DNA of 63,644 bases, filler included, from a bacterium (GCA_037439705.1; 20 parts of 20 records of this genome joined end to end with filler, not necessarily neighbours in it); one strand, 5' to 3'; counted from the first letter of the whole stretch, positions 52,557 through 63,644 are shown. Notes: a model not told the origin generated them from the sequence alone. Translations and numbers: made by a program.

Positions 52557-55035
52557 ATGGAAAAAATAATAATAAATGGTGCAAGACAGCACAATTTGAA
52601 AAATATTTCTCTTGAGATTCCAAAAGAAAAATTAATCGTTATAACAGGGGTTTCTGGTTCAGGAAAATCATCCCTTGCGTTTGATACACTTTATGCGGAA
52701 GGACAGAGAAGGTATGTGGAATCCCTCTCTTCCTATGCGAGGCAGTTTCTTGAACAGATGGAAAGACCCGATGTGGATTCCATTGAGGGACTTTCTCCAT
52801 CAATATCTATTGACCAGAAAAGTGTTTCCCATAATCCCCGCTCAACAGTCTCCACCGTTACAGAGATATACGATTATCTGAGGGTTCTTTACGCAAGAGT
52901 TGGTAAACCCCATTGTTACAAATGTGGAAAGGAGATATCTGGGCAGACGATTCAGCAGATTGTTGACCAAATTATTTCTACGGAATCGGGAACGAAAGCG
53001 ATAATTTATGCTCCTGTGATAAGGGGTAGAAAGGGAGAGTTCAAAAAAGAACTTATGGAACTTGCAAAGGCAGGGTTCACCAGGGTAAGGCTGGACGGAA
53101 CTTTATATACATTGCCACTTGAAATTGAAATTGATAAAAACAAAAAACATACCTTAGAGGTAGTCATAGACAGAATAAAGATTTCTCCTGAAGCAAGAGG
53201 AAGGATAGCGGAAAGCGTTGAACTGGCAGTGGAAAAGGCGAAAGGCATTGTCAGATTAGAAACGGAAGACGGTAAGGATATACTTTTCAGCACCAGATTT
53301 TCGTGTGTGGAATGTGGAATCAATTTTCCGGAAATTGAACCCAGGTTTTTTTCTTTTAACAATCCCTACGGAGCCTGTCCCGAGTGTGCAGGAATAGGGA
53401 AAAAATGGTTTTTTGATGAAAAACTCATTATTACTTCCGAAGAACTCCCTTTGATAAAGGCTATTCCCCATTACATAAAAACAAATGAGAAACCCCTTCT
53501 TGATATGCTGGAAGCAATTTCAAAGCACTATAAATTTTCCCTCACAGTTCCCTATAAGAACCTTCCCCTTGAAATAAAGAAAAAAATTTTTTACGGAACT
53601 GATGAAGAAATAGAATTTTTTGTTGAAAGGGCTGGAAGGAGGGAATACTTCCGAAAACCTTTTGAGGGAATAATCAAATATCTTCAGAAAAGGTATGAGG
53701 AAAGCGAATACAGATGGGAAGCATACGAACTGGAAAAACTTATGACATTCAGAACCTGCCCTCTCTGTAACGGAGCGCGTTTAAGGAAGGAGAGTCTGTC
53801 AGTAAAGATAATGGGATTAAACATATACGAGTGGACAAAGATGACAGTTCTTCAGGGATTAAATTTTTTAGATGAAATGTGGGAGAACTTTACGGAAAGG
53901 GAAAAAAAGATAGCGGAGAGGGTGGTAAAGGAAATAAATGACAGGTTAGAATTTATGAAAAAAGTTGGACTTGATTACTTAACTCTTGATAGACCATCTT
54001 ACACCCTTTCGGGCGGAGAGAGTCAGAGAATAAGGCTTGCTACCCAGCTGGGTTCAAGACTTACCGGGGTGCTTTATATACTTGATGAACCGAGTATAGG
54101 GCTTCATCCAAGGGATACAAATATGCTCCTTGAAACACTAAAAGAGTTGAGAGACCTTGGCAACACTGTGATAGTTGTTGAACACGATGCAGATACAATA
54201 AGAAGTGCTGATTTTGTTGTGGATATGGGTCCTGGAGCAGGAGTTCATGGAGGATGGGTTGTAGCTACTGGAACTTCAGAAGAGATTATGAAGAACGAAA
54301 AATCCCTCACAGGACAATATCTATCAGGAGCAATGAAGATAGAAATTCCTTCTTTCAGACGAAGACCTCTTCCAGGAAAATATCTGATTTTGAGAGGAGC
54401 AAGAGGAAATAACCTGAAGAATATAACTGTTAAATTTCCTCTCGGGGTTTTTATATGTGTAACGGGCGTATCCGGTTCAGGGAAAAGCTCATTGATTACG
54501 GATACCCTTTATCCTGCACTCAGCAGGGAGCTTTACAATTCAAAGGAAACACCGCTTCCCTATACATCATTAGAAGGAATTGAACATATTGACAAAGTTA
54601 TAGTAATTGACCAGTCTCCTATTGGAAGAACCCCTAGATCCAATCCAGCAACCTATGTCGGGGCTTTTACTCCCATAAGAGAACTTTTTTCACAGCTTCC
54701 GGAAGCGAGGGCTCGGGGGTACAAGCCCGGAAGGTTCAGTTTCAATGTGAAAGGAGGAAGATGTGAAGCCTGTGAGGGAGAAGGGGTGGTAAAAGTAGAA
54801 ATGCATTTTTTACCCGATGTATATGTGAAATGCGATGTTTGTGGTGGAAAAAGATTTGATAGAGAAACCCTTGAGATAAAGTTCAAAGGATTGAGCATAT
54901 ACGATGTCCTTGAACTCACTGTGGAGGAAGCATTTGAGATATTCAAAAACTTCCCAAGAATAAAAAACAAACTCCAGACATTAAAAGATGTAGGGCTTGA
55001 CTACATAAAACTCGGTCAACCCGCTCCCACCCTTT
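52557..55035 (+). CDS. uvrA: Excinuclease ABC subunit A, 3' truncated
   Basis: GARQHNLKN, two GVSGSGKSS Walker A motifs, zinc fingers, LSGGESQRIRLA, GRTPRSNPATY. Confidence 0.97.
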
Positions 55036-55135
55036 NNNNNNNNNNNNNNNNNNNNNNNNNNNNNNNNNNNNNNNNNNNNTTAATTAATTAANNNNNNNNN
55101 NNNNNNNNNNNNNNNNNNNNNNNNNNNNNNNNNNN

Positions 55136-55736
55136 AAGGGAAGAGATTGAAAAAATAATAAAGAGGTTCAGTGAAAGAGGGAAAATTACCACATTTTATA
55201 CAGATGATGGGAAGCCATATCCGTATGTGATTCTTCCGCTTGAATCAAGGGCTGACCCCCTGTTTTTGAAAGCCTGTGTTGAGGGTATTGAAAAACTGAT
55301 GGGCGATGAGATTAAAAAGTCAAATACGGTGGTGGCAATAGAATCAAAGGGATTCATAATAACTCCGATTATAGCGATGAGAAACAATCTCAAATGGGTT
55401 GCAGTGAGAAAAAGAAACTACAATCTTCCTGAACAATTAGTAATTCATCAGAAGAAGGCATTTAAGGGCGGAACTGAACTTTACTGTGTGGGATTGAAAA
55501 AAAATGATAGAGTTATTCTCATAGACGATATATTTTCTTCCGGCGGAACAGTAATAAACACGGTGGAGGTTCTTGTGAATTGTGGGATAAAAATTACAGG
55601 AATGTGTGCCATTTACACAAGGGGAAATGGATTTGAGGAAATAAAGAAAAAATTCGGACTGCCAACAGGTGCTCTCGCAAGGATTGAGCTTAAAGGAGAA
55701 AAACCCAGAATTACGGAATTTTTTATAAAAGGATAA
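55136..55736 (+). CDS. Purine phosphoribosyltransferase (archaeal Hpt-like), 5' truncated
   Basis: AIESKG, AVRKRNYNLPEQ, ELYCVGLKKNDRVILIDDIFSSGGT (PRPP-binding motif). Confidence 0.8.
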
Positions 55737-55741
55737 AAATT

Positions 55742-56950
55742 TTGGAAATAAATCCAAAAAAAATCGTAATAGTGGGGCTTTTGGGTTTCTCATCAGGACT
55801 TCCACTTGCCCTCACAGGAGGAACGCTTCAGGCATGGATGGCGGATTCGGGAATAGATATAAAAACAATCGGACTTTTTTCAGGTGTTGCCATTCCATAC
55901 TCCCTCAAGTTCCTGTGGTCACCCATTATAGACAGATTTATTCCTCCTTTTCTTGGAAGAAGGAGGGGCTGGATATTTCTCACACAGATTATGCTATTTA
56001 TTTTTATATCTTCCATTGCAATCCTGTCTCCCGTTGACACTCCCCTTCTTCTTGGAATCCTTGCCATTCTCATCTCTTTTTCCTCTGCCTCCCAGGACAT
56101 TGTTATAGACGCATACAGGACGGACATTTTGAGTGAGAAGGAAAGGGGGATTGGTGCCGGAACATTTGTTACGGGATACAGAATTGCCATGCTCACCTCA
56201 GGTGCTTTAGCCATGATTATGGCAGAAAAAATAGGCTGGCGGATGAGCTATATGATAATGGGCTTTCTTCTTCTTTTTTGTGTTTTATGGACATTGCTTG
56301 CAGAAGAACCTGAAGGCGAGATTCAGCCTCCAAAAACCCTTGATTCTGCCATAAAACTTCCACTTATAGATTTTTTTTCAAGAAGGAAGGCTGTTTTGTT
56401 TTTAATCTTCATAATCCTTTACAAATTAGGAGATGCATACGCGGGAGCACTTATAACAGCATTTCTCATAAAGGTGGTTGGATTCAGTCCTGCTGATGTT
56501 GGAACGATAAACAAGGGAGTTGGACTTATCTCTTTAATACTGGGAGCGATGGCCGGAGGAGGTTTGATAGCAAGAATCGGGCTTTTCAATTCTCTTCTTT
56601 TATTCGGCATCCTTCAGGGGATTTCAAACCTTTCCTTCACCCTTCTGGCAATTTATGGAAAATCATATCCAATATTTTTCTTCTCAGTAATTTTTGAGAA
56701 CCTTTCAGGAGGGATGGGCACATCTGCTTTCATTTCTCTTCTTATGGGAATATGCAATAAAAACTACAGTGCCACCCAGTATGCCCTGCTTTCATCAATT
56801 GCCTCATTTGGAAGGACACTCATCTCGCCCACCTCAGGCTTTCTTGCTGAAAGGGTTGGATGGATAAATTTTTTCCCGATAACTGCAATTTTTACAATTC
56901 CCGGGATTTTTCTACTTTTTCCCTTGAAAAAAGAGATAGAGAAATTATAA
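55742..56950 (+). CDS. ampG: AmpG muropeptide MFS permease
   Basis: LGFSSGLP, KFLWSPIID, GRRRGW, SASQDIVIDAYR, YKLGDA, ATQYALLSS. Confidence 0.92.
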   Translation: MEINPKKIVIVGLLGFSSGLPLALTGGTLQAWMADSGIDIKTIGLFSGVAIPYSLKFLWSPIIDRFIPPFLGRRRGWIFLTQIMLFIFISSIAILSPVDTPLLLGILAILISFSSASQDIVIDAYRTDILSEKERGIGAGTFVTGYRIAMLTSGALAMIMAEKIGWRMSYMIMGFLLLFCVLWTLLAEEPEGEIQPPKTLDSAIKLPLIDFFSRRKAVLFLIFIILYKLGDAYAGALITAFLIKVVGFSPADVGTINKGVGLISLILGAMAGGGLIARIGLFNSLLLFGILQGISNLSFTLLAIYGKSYPIFFFSVIFENLSGGMGTSAFISLLMGICNKNYSATQYALLSSIASFGRTLISPTSGFLAERVGWINFFPITAIFTIPGIFLLFPLKKEIEKL

Positions 56951-56960
56951 ATGTAAAACT

Positions 56961-57773
56961 GTGAAAGTAGAGTTTGTGAAAATGGAAGGACTCGGGAACG
57001 ATTTCGTTTTGATTGAGGGTGAAAAGTATCCGGATTTAAACTACAGTGAGTTTTCTAAAAAATGCCTTGACAGGCATTTCGGGATAGGAGGCGATGGACT
57101 CCTTGTGGTTGGAAAATCCAAAAGAGCGGACATTTATATGAGGATTTTCAATCCTGATGGAAGCGAGGCAGAGATGTGTGGAAACGGAATAAGGTGTGCT
57201 GGGCTTTATGCAAGGGATTCCGGTATGGTTAACAAAGATGAAATTGATGTTGAGACCCTTGCAGGAATAAAAAAAATTTTCATAAAAAATGATGGAATAA
57301 TGGTTGATATGGGCATTCCGAAACTTCACCCCGATGAAATCCCTGTCAAGGCTAAGGGAGAAGTAATTCTTGATTATCCTTTGAGGGTGAAGGAAAGATG
57401 GCTAAGAATAACATGCATTTCCATGGGAAATCCACATACAGTAATATTTATGGACCCGGATGATGAGGAGTTCAGAACCCTTGGGCCACTTATTGAAAGC
57501 CACCAGATATTTCCCAAAAACACCAATGTTGAGTTCGTGAAGGTGATTGATAGAAAAAGTATCAAGGTTAAGGTGTGGGAAAGGGGTGTCGGACCGACGC
57601 TTGCCTGTGGAACAGGTGCCTGTGCTGCACTCGTCGCTTCCCATCTGAAAAATTTTACTGAAAGAAAGGCTGAGGTTTTTCTTCCTGGCGGAAAACTCAT
57701 TATTGAATGGGGTGATTCAGGACACATTTTCATGACAGGACCCGCAAACTATGTTTTTAAGGGGGTGTTTTAA
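56961..57773 (+). CDS. dapF: Diaminopimelate epimerase
   Basis: GLGNDF, EMCGNG, MGNPH, NVEF, WERGVGPTLACGTG. Confidence 0.96.
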   Translation: MKVEFVKMEGLGNDFVLIEGEKYPDLNYSEFSKKCLDRHFGIGGDGLLVVGKSKRADIYMRIFNPDGSEAEMCGNGIRCAGLYARDSGMVNKDEIDVETLAGIKKIFIKNDGIMVDMGIPKLHPDEIPVKAKGEVILDYPLRVKERWLRITCISMGNPHTVIFMDPDDEEFRTLGPLIESHQIFPKNTNVEFVKVIDRKSIKVKVWERGVGPTLACGTGACAALVASHLKNFTERKAEVFLPGGKLIIEWGDSGHIFMTGPANYVFKGVF

Positions 57774-58026
57774 AAAATTAAAAAATTGAAAATAGCCGAA
57801 TGATTGCTATTTTACTCCTCATTGTGTATACTCCTTTTGGTATTGAGGCAACCATCCCGACCTCCTTTCAATTTTTTCTCTTTAGAGTAAGGGATGGTTG
57901 CCCTTATTTCAATTATTTTGAGGAAANNNNNNNNNNNNNNNNNNNNNNNNNNNNNNNNNNNNNNNNNNNNTTAATTAATTAANNNNNNNNNNNNNNNNNN
58001 NNNNNNNNNNNNNNNNNNNNNNNNNN

Positions 58027-58379
58027 AGGCACTCAAAGGTCTTTATACGCTCGTTTACAACAAATTCTATGTGGATGAGATTTATAACGCAGTTTTCGTG
58101 AAGGGAATGATGCTCATAAAAGATATATGCAGGTGGTTTGACATACACATAATAGATCGCCTTGTAAACCTGACAGGTGAAGCAGGGATTTTAACAGCAG
58201 ATACATCAGGTTTGATTGACCATGCAGGAGTGGATGGAGCAATTAATCTAACAGCGACGAGCACATTAAAGGCAGGTGATATTTTGAGAAGAATTCAGAC
58301 TGGTATTCTTCCGGGCTATCTCGTTTTTGCAGGTAGTGTGCTTTTGATTTTTCTTTTATTTGTTCTTTTTGGACTATGA
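58027..58379 (+). CDS. nuoL: NADH-quinone oxidoreductase subunit L, C-terminal part
   Basis: NKFYVDEIY, VDGAIN, LRRIQTG...Y; upstream of nuoM. Confidence 0.88.
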
Positions 58380-58403
58380 ATTTTTTAAGGAGGTAATGAA
58401 GAG

Positions 58404-59885
58404 ATGGGAGAATTTATAAGAATCAATCTTTTAACTTTGATCACCTTCATTCCTCTTCTCGGAGCAGTTTTAGTTTTATTTCTTCCGAGAGATAACCTTA
58501 AAGCAATAAGATGGACATCCGCTTTCTTTACATTCATTCCTCTTCTTCTCGGAATTTACCTTTTCATAAGTTTTGATAGAACCATTCCTGGTCTTCAGTT
58601 TGTCGTCAGGAAAACCTGGATATCCCAATTTAATGTTGAGTATTACATGGGAGTTGATGGCTTGAGCGTTCTTATGGTTGTCCTTACAGTCCTCTTGAGC
58701 TTTCTGTGCATCTTTGCCTCATGGGGAATTGAAAGGGGAGCGAAGGCTTATTTTTCCCTTTTCCTACTCCTTGAAACAGGAATGCTCGGCGTATTTCTCG
58801 CAATGGATTTTTTCCTCTTCTATGTTTTCTGGGAGGTCGGGCTCTTTCCCATGTATTTTCTCATTGGAATATGGGGTGGTCCAAGACGCGAATATGCTGC
58901 AATAAAGTTTTTCCTCTATACCCTCCTCGGAAGCCTTTTTATGCTTGTTACAATGCTCATCCTTTATTTCCACAATACCCCTCACACATTTGACATTCCA
59001 AAACTTATAGAAATGAGGTCTTCCTATTCTGTTGAACTGCAGAGAGTTTTATGGCTCGCTCTTTACATAGCCTTTGCGATAAAGGTTCCGGTCTTTCCAT
59101 TCCATACATGGCTACCAGATGCCCATGTTGAGGCACCAACTCCAATAAGTGTGATTCTTGCTGGCATCCTTTTGAAAATGGGCACCTACGGAATTTTGAG
59201 ATTTAACTTCCCTCTTTTCCCTGAAGGAACAAAATACTTTGCTAGTTTTCTGGCATTTATGGGCGTCATAAACATGATTTATGGAGCATTGACAGCGATG
59301 GCACAGAGGGATATGAAGAAACTCGTTGCTTATTCCTCAATAAGCCATATGGGCTACTGCCTTCTCGGTATGGCATCGTTCAAGGAAAGCGGGGTCATAG
59401 GCGGTGCTTTGCAGATGTTCAATCACGGAACCATAACCGCTATGCTCTTTTTGATTGTGGGAGTTATATATGACAGAGCCCACCACAGGGACATTGACAG
59501 ATTTGGAGGTCTTGCAGTGCAGATGCCTGTTTATTCAGGAGTTACTGCCCTTGCCTTTTTCGCAGCAATGGGGCTTCCAGGGCTCAATGGATTTATAAGT
59601 GAAGTCCTCGTATTCATAGGAGGAATAAAGGCATTTCCCGTAAGGACAATAATATCTGTATCCACTGTGATTATAACAGCAGCCTATCTTCTCTGGGTTA
59701 TTCACAGGATGTTTCTTGGACAATTAAATGAGAAATACAAAGACCTTCCCGACATCAACAAAAGAGAGCTCTTTACGCTTGTTCCTATTGGTATCATCGT
59801 TATCTTCGTGGGTGTATATCCATCTCCTGTGATAGATATGATGAGAGAGACCCTTCTTGCGATAATAAAAATTGTAACGGGGTAG
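58404..59885 (+). CDS. nuoM: NADH-quinone oxidoreductase subunit M
   Basis: GVDGLS, FYVFWE, PFHTWLPDAHVEAPT, LLKMGTYG, AYSSISHMG. Confidence 0.95.
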   Translation: MGEFIRINLLTLITFIPLLGAVLVLFLPRDNLKAIRWTSAFFTFIPLLLGIYLFISFDRTIPGLQFVVRKTWISQFNVEYYMGVDGLSVLMVVLTVLLSFLCIFASWGIERGAKAYFSLFLLLETGMLGVFLAMDFFLFYVFWEVGLFPMYFLIGIWGGPRREYAAIKFFLYTLLGSLFMLVTMLILYFHNTPHTFDIPKLIEMRSSYSVELQRVLWLALYIAFAIKVPVFPFHTWLPDAHVEAPTPISVILAGILLKMGTYGILRFNFPLFPEGTKYFASFLAFMGVINMIYGALTAMAQRDMKKLVAYSSISHMGYCLLGMASFKESGVIGGALQMFNHGTITAMLFLIVGVIYDRAHHRDIDRFGGLAVQMPVYSGVTALAFFAAMGLPGLNGFISEVLVFIGGIKAFPVRTIISVSTVIITAAYLLWVIHRMFLGQLNEKYKDLPDINKRELFTLVPIGIIVIFVGVYPSPVIDMMRETLLAIIKIVTG

Positions 59886-59886
59886 A

Positions 59887-60802
59887 ATGGAAAAGTTATT
59901 TGCAGCAACCCTCCTAAAGAGCTTAAAAATTTTTGTTCCAGAAATAATAATCCTTGTAAGCATCCTCTTTATTCTCATAATAGAACTCCTCACAAAAAAG
60001 GAGGAAAGGACTTATCTCTGGACAATTCCACTCATAGGTCTTCTGGGAGCCTTTACAGTTCTGATTTATGGCTATGAAGTGAAAACAAAAATTTTTAGTT
60101 TCAATTTATATATTGACGCATTTTCATCGTTCTTCAGAATAATGGCCTGCTTATCGGGAATAATTGCTGTTCTTCTTTCATATCTTTCTACCGAAATAGA
60201 GAAGGGAGAGGGAGAACCTTATGTTGCAATTCTAACCCTTGTTCTTGGAATGCTCATAATTCCCTCTGCAGGAAACCTGCTCATAGCCTATCTTGCCTTT
60301 GAGATGATGAGCCTTCCTTCATATCTTCTCACCTCCATGCACATAAAATCATATGCCTCAAAGGAAGCAGGAATGAAGTATCTTCTGTTCGGAGCAGTTT
60401 CTTCCGGAATAATGCTTTATGGTTTTTCCATTTTATACGGAATTACCGGGCAGATAGATTTCAAGGCTATAAATACAGCCATTTACTATATGGAAACAAA
60501 CAGGGCTGTAGGTGTTCTTGCATTTTTACTTATTTCATCTGGCATGCTTTTCAAGATTGCCGCTTTTCCGTTTCATTTCTGGTCGCCTGATACATACGAG
60601 GGAGCTCCTGCTCCTGTTGCGGGATTCCTTTCTGTTGGTCCGAAATCTGCCGGTTTTGCCTTTATGATGAGGTTCATATTAAGTGCTCTATCCGAAAGAG
60701 GAGGAGAACTGTGGGATGATAAACTATGGGGGCAGATACCACAATACATTGCCTTCATTACAGCAATAACAATGACAGTCGTAAATATCGCAGCAATAAA
60801 AC
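59887..60802 (+). CDS. nuoN: NADH-quinone oxidoreductase subunit N, 3' truncated
   Basis: EMMSLPSY, EAGMKY, FKIAAFPFHFWSPDTYEGAP. Confidence 0.93.
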
Positions 60803-61034
60803 NNNNNNNNNNNNNNNNNNNNNNNNNNNNNNNNNNNNNNNNNNNNTTAATTAATTAANNNNNNNNNNNNNNNNNNNNNNNNNNNNNNNNNNNNNNNNNN
60901 NNAATAATTTTTCAGATGGACAATAGGGAGGATTATCTCAAGAAAAAGTTATGCACATTCAGGAAAAAATTTTACTACCGCTTAATGCGAGGATGACGGG
61001 AATAAGCAAGGGTAAGTCTTACCAGAACCAACCC

Positions 61035-61156
61035 ATTTTCCCGCCCTTCATACTTGATAAACTAATTTCAATTTACCAACATATACCTTTCGCCAAAAAA
61101 GAAAAAAATAAAAACGGGGCACTCACAGGGTGGTAATGATCTTTATGTACATTACA
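61035..61156 (-). repeat. Second copy of the element-A left end
   Basis: Reverse complement TGTAATGTACATAAAGATCATTACCACCCTGTGAGTGCCCCG...TTTATCAAGTATGAAGGGCGGGAAAATGG is near-identical to 15941-16064. Confidence 0.9.
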
Positions 61157-61357
61157 AATTTCTCAGAACTCTCTTTTTGTACATACGAACATGGTTTCTG
61201 GAGGAAAATCAGTTTGAAAATAACTCACACTTCTCATTCGCTGAAATGATAAAAATTGGTTACACTCCATCAAAAAATTCATTTAATGGGGCTACCCTAT
61301 CACTTCCTTGATTTTTTCCCGGATAAAACTACAATAAAAACTTGTGGAGACTGACAA

Positions 61358-62974
61358 ATGAAGGTTTATACAGATTTTCTTGTTATAGGTAGCGGAATAG
61401 GAGGAGCATTGGCATCCATCAAACTCTCTAAATACGGAGATGTTCTTCTCATAACAAAAAGAAGCATTTATGATTCCTCAAGTTACAGAGCACAGGGAGG
61501 AGTGGCTGCGGTGGTGAGTCATGAAGACTCCTTTGAACTCCACATAAACGATACATTGAGAACAGGTGGAGGACTGTGTAAAAGAGAAGTTGTTGAAAGC
61601 GTGGTTAAAGAGGGCCCGCAAAGAGTAATGGAACTAATGGAATACGGCGTAAAGTTTGAAGTTAAAGAAACAGCAGGAGGCGAAAAGGAATTCGACCTTG
61701 GAATGGAGGGAGGTCATTCTAAAAGAAGGGTTCTTCATGCAGGAGATATCACGGGGAGAGAAATTCAGAATGTATTATTTGAGAAAATACAATCTATAAA
61801 AAACATACAGATACTTGAAAACCATGTATGCATCGACCTAATAACCCATCACAAGTTTATTGAAAAAAAAGGAAAAAATATATGTTATGGAGCATATGTT
61901 TTAAATTCAAAAACAGAAGAAATCCTTACGGTTCTCGCCCGAGCAACATTTCTGGCAACGGGAGGAAGTGGAAAGGTGTATCTTGTAACAACAAATCCTG
62001 ATACATCCACCGGCGACGGAGTTTCAATTGCCTACAGAGCAGGGGTTCCAGTTGCAAATATGGAGTTCATTCAATTTCATCCAACCTGCCTTTACCATCC
62101 AGTGGAAAGGAGTTTTTTAATATCAGAAGCATTGAGGGGCGAGGGTGGAATTCTAAGAACAAAAGATGGAGCTCCTTTTATGCACAAATACCATCCTGTG
62201 AAGGAGCTTGCTCCAAGAGATGTAGTAGCAAGGGCTATAGACACTGAACTGAAAAAAACAGGAGAGAGGTTTGTTTACCTTGATATGACACATCTAAATG
62301 CCGATTTTCTTAAAAAAAGATTTCCGAATATATATGAAACCCTGCTCAAATTTGGAATAGACATGACAAAAGAACCCATTCCCGTAACCCCTGCCTCTCA
62401 TTATATGTGTGGAGGAGTATGTGTGGATATGAATGGTTCCACAGAAATAGAGAGATTATATGCGATAGGTGAAACCTCTCATACCGGTCTTCACGGTGCC
62501 AACAGACTTGCAAGTAATTCTTTGCTGGAGGCACTGGTTTTTGCTCACCGTGCTTCAATGCATGCAAAAGAAAATTTTAAAACATGGACGATTCCCTCGA
62601 CAGACATTCCGGATTGGTCAAAGGGAAAAGCAACCGACCCTGATGAGGCAGTTGTCATCACCCAGAACTGGACAGAAATCAGATGGCTCATGTGGAACTA
62701 TGTTGGAATTGTGAGATCCATCAAGAGACTGAAGAGGGCATTCAACAGAATTAAACTACTTCAGGAGGAAATAAATCAGTATTACTGGGATTTCATTCCA
62801 ACTGTGGAACTTCTTGAACTTAGAAATCTTGCACTGGTGGCAGAGCTGATAATAAGGTCGGCTTACATGAGGAAGGAATCAAGGGGACTTCATTACATGA
62901 TAGATTATCCAGAACCAAGAGATGAATTTCTTAAAGATACTATTATAAGAAAAGGTGAAGAAGACCTTATTTAG
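61358..62974 (+). CDS. nadB: L-aspartate oxidase
   Basis: IGSGIGG, AQGGVA, EGGHSKRRVLHAGDITG, QFHPT, LAPRDVVAR, GLHGANRLASNSLLE, ESRGLH. Confidence 0.96.
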   Translation: MKVYTDFLVIGSGIGGALASIKLSKYGDVLLITKRSIYDSSSYRAQGGVAAVVSHEDSFELHINDTLRTGGGLCKREVVESVVKEGPQRVMELMEYGVKFEVKETAGGEKEFDLGMEGGHSKRRVLHAGDITGREIQNVLFEKIQSIKNIQILENHVCIDLITHHKFIEKKGKNICYGAYVLNSKTEEILTVLARATFLATGGSGKVYLVTTNPDTSTGDGVSIAYRAGVPVANMEFIQFHPTCLYHPVERSFLISEALRGEGGILRTKDGAPFMHKYHPVKELAPRDVVARAIDTELKKTGERFVYLDMTHLNADFLKKRFPNIYETLLKFGIDMTKEPIPVTPASHYMCGGVCVDMNGSTEIERLYAIGETSHTGLHGANRLASNSLLEALVFAHRASMHAKENFKTWTIPSTDIPDWSKGKATDPDEAVVITQNWTEIRWLMWNYVGIVRSIKRLKRAFNRIKLLQEEINQYYWDFIPTVELLELRNLALVAELIIRSAYMRKESRGLHYMIDYPEPRDEFLKDTIIRKGEEDLI

Positions 62975-63644
62975 CATTTTTCTCATTGCGTTTTTCGGAT
63001 GCGGAGGAGAAAATTTTTTTGCTGTGTTCAATCCGGATGAGTTAAAAGGGACAAATAGATTTTTATCCGTTCCATTTCCAAATTCCCTGTATCTCAAAGA
63101 AGATGGTTCAATTCCTCTGCTTTCATATTTTGATGTTCCTAAATCTTCCATCCTTGAAGATTATTTGAGGGTAATATCAAAGGCAAACTGGTTTGGATTA
63201 AATTCTGCAGTTTATTTTGGATTTGAGGGCGAGATATTGTTAAGTTCCCTCCCCGAACCAGAATTAAGTACGACGAAAGACAGTAGCATAATCTTTCTAA
63301 ATGTGGAAAGGAATTCACCCGAGAGAGGAAAAGCCCTGCCGGTTTTAACGAGGTTTTTCCCCCATAGGACAAAGTACCTTCCTGAAAACACATTGGCGGT
63401 TTTGCCATTTCCAGGTTTTCCGTTAAAAGAAAATGCCACTTATGCTGTTTTCATAACCTCAAAATTGAAGGGAAATGGAAAAATTATAAAAAGACCGAAA
63501 TTCATTGAAGACTTAATAAGTGGAAAATGCACTCTAAGACCTGATGAATGTGAGGAATATTTTGAGGCAATTGAAGCCTTTGAAGAATTTTATGGAAAAA
63601 AAGAGGATATCTTAAATATGACAGTTTTCAGAACAGGAAAGCAA
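62955..63644 (+). CDS. Lipoprotein resembling the N-terminal domain of secreted lipase-like proteins; runs off the window
   Basis: Manual translation from GTG: MKKTLFSIFLIAFFGCGG...VPFPNSLY...FGLNSAVYF...NTLAVLPFPGFPLKENATYAV...VFRTG. Not in the ORF track. Confidence 0.6.
   Translation, partial: MKKTLFSIFLIAFFGCGGENFFAVFNPDELKGTNRFLSVPFPNSLYLKEDGSIPLLSYFDVPKSSILEDYLRVISKANWFGLNSAVYFGFEGEILLSSLPEPELSTTKDSSIIFLNVERNSPERGKALPVLTRFFPHRTKYLPENTLAVLPFPGFPLKENATYAVFITSKLKGNGKIIKRPKFIEDLISGKCTLRPDECEEYFEAIEAFEEFYGKKEDILNMTVFRTGKQ

Noticed and set aside
57800..57926. Short ORF start after dapF (and similar stub at 46061-46097)
   Set aside because: Truncated by the contig end; too little sequence to assign.
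60770..60802. Non-consensus residues at contig ends (nuoN TVVNI for TVGN; DegT end near 20690; dnaE TFSTRRGK)
   Set aside because: They lie in terminal, probably low-coverage bases and are best treated as possible sequencing errors.
296..63439. Numerous 60-130 aa ORFs antisense to or overlapping recognised genes
   Set aside because: They are shadows of well-supported genes, with no motifs or ribosome-binding sites.

Overview
This window is not contiguous genome. It is 20 short contigs (about 3.4 kb falling steadily to about 2.75 kb) joined by 100-bp N linkers carrying TTAATTAATTAA, so gene neighbourhoods only mean something within a contig. The source is an AT-rich diderm bacterium (tol genes, lolE/D, bamA, lptD, a FadL-type porin). 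The Lys/Glu-rich proteins look thermophile-like, and some gene types recall delta-proteobacterial/Myxococcota-like lineages (inference). Most content is housekeeping or metabolic: hisS, guaA, dnaE, uvrA, an EF-G paralogue, nfi, pdxA, dapF, ampG, nuoLMN, nadB, thiolase, enoyl-CoA hydratase, a TRAP/TPAT transporter and tRNA-Arg(UCG). I found no CRISPR array or complete novel system. The best leads are: a cluster of IS481-like elements with two MITE-like deletion derivatives and an in-frame TGA shared by two copies; an hsdS tail followed by tandem MNT-HEPN-MNT genes; a C25 (gingipain-like) protease with a Cys-containing C-terminal sorting signal; a tRNA-Arg(UCG) with a U discriminator; an archaeal-type purine phosphoribosyltransferase; and an in-frame oxidoreductase::guaA chimera. 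Several broken genes (hisS, tolA, aldehyde dehydrogenase) and the chimera point to assembly or amplification artefacts. All family calls come from motif recognition by eye, not from database searches.
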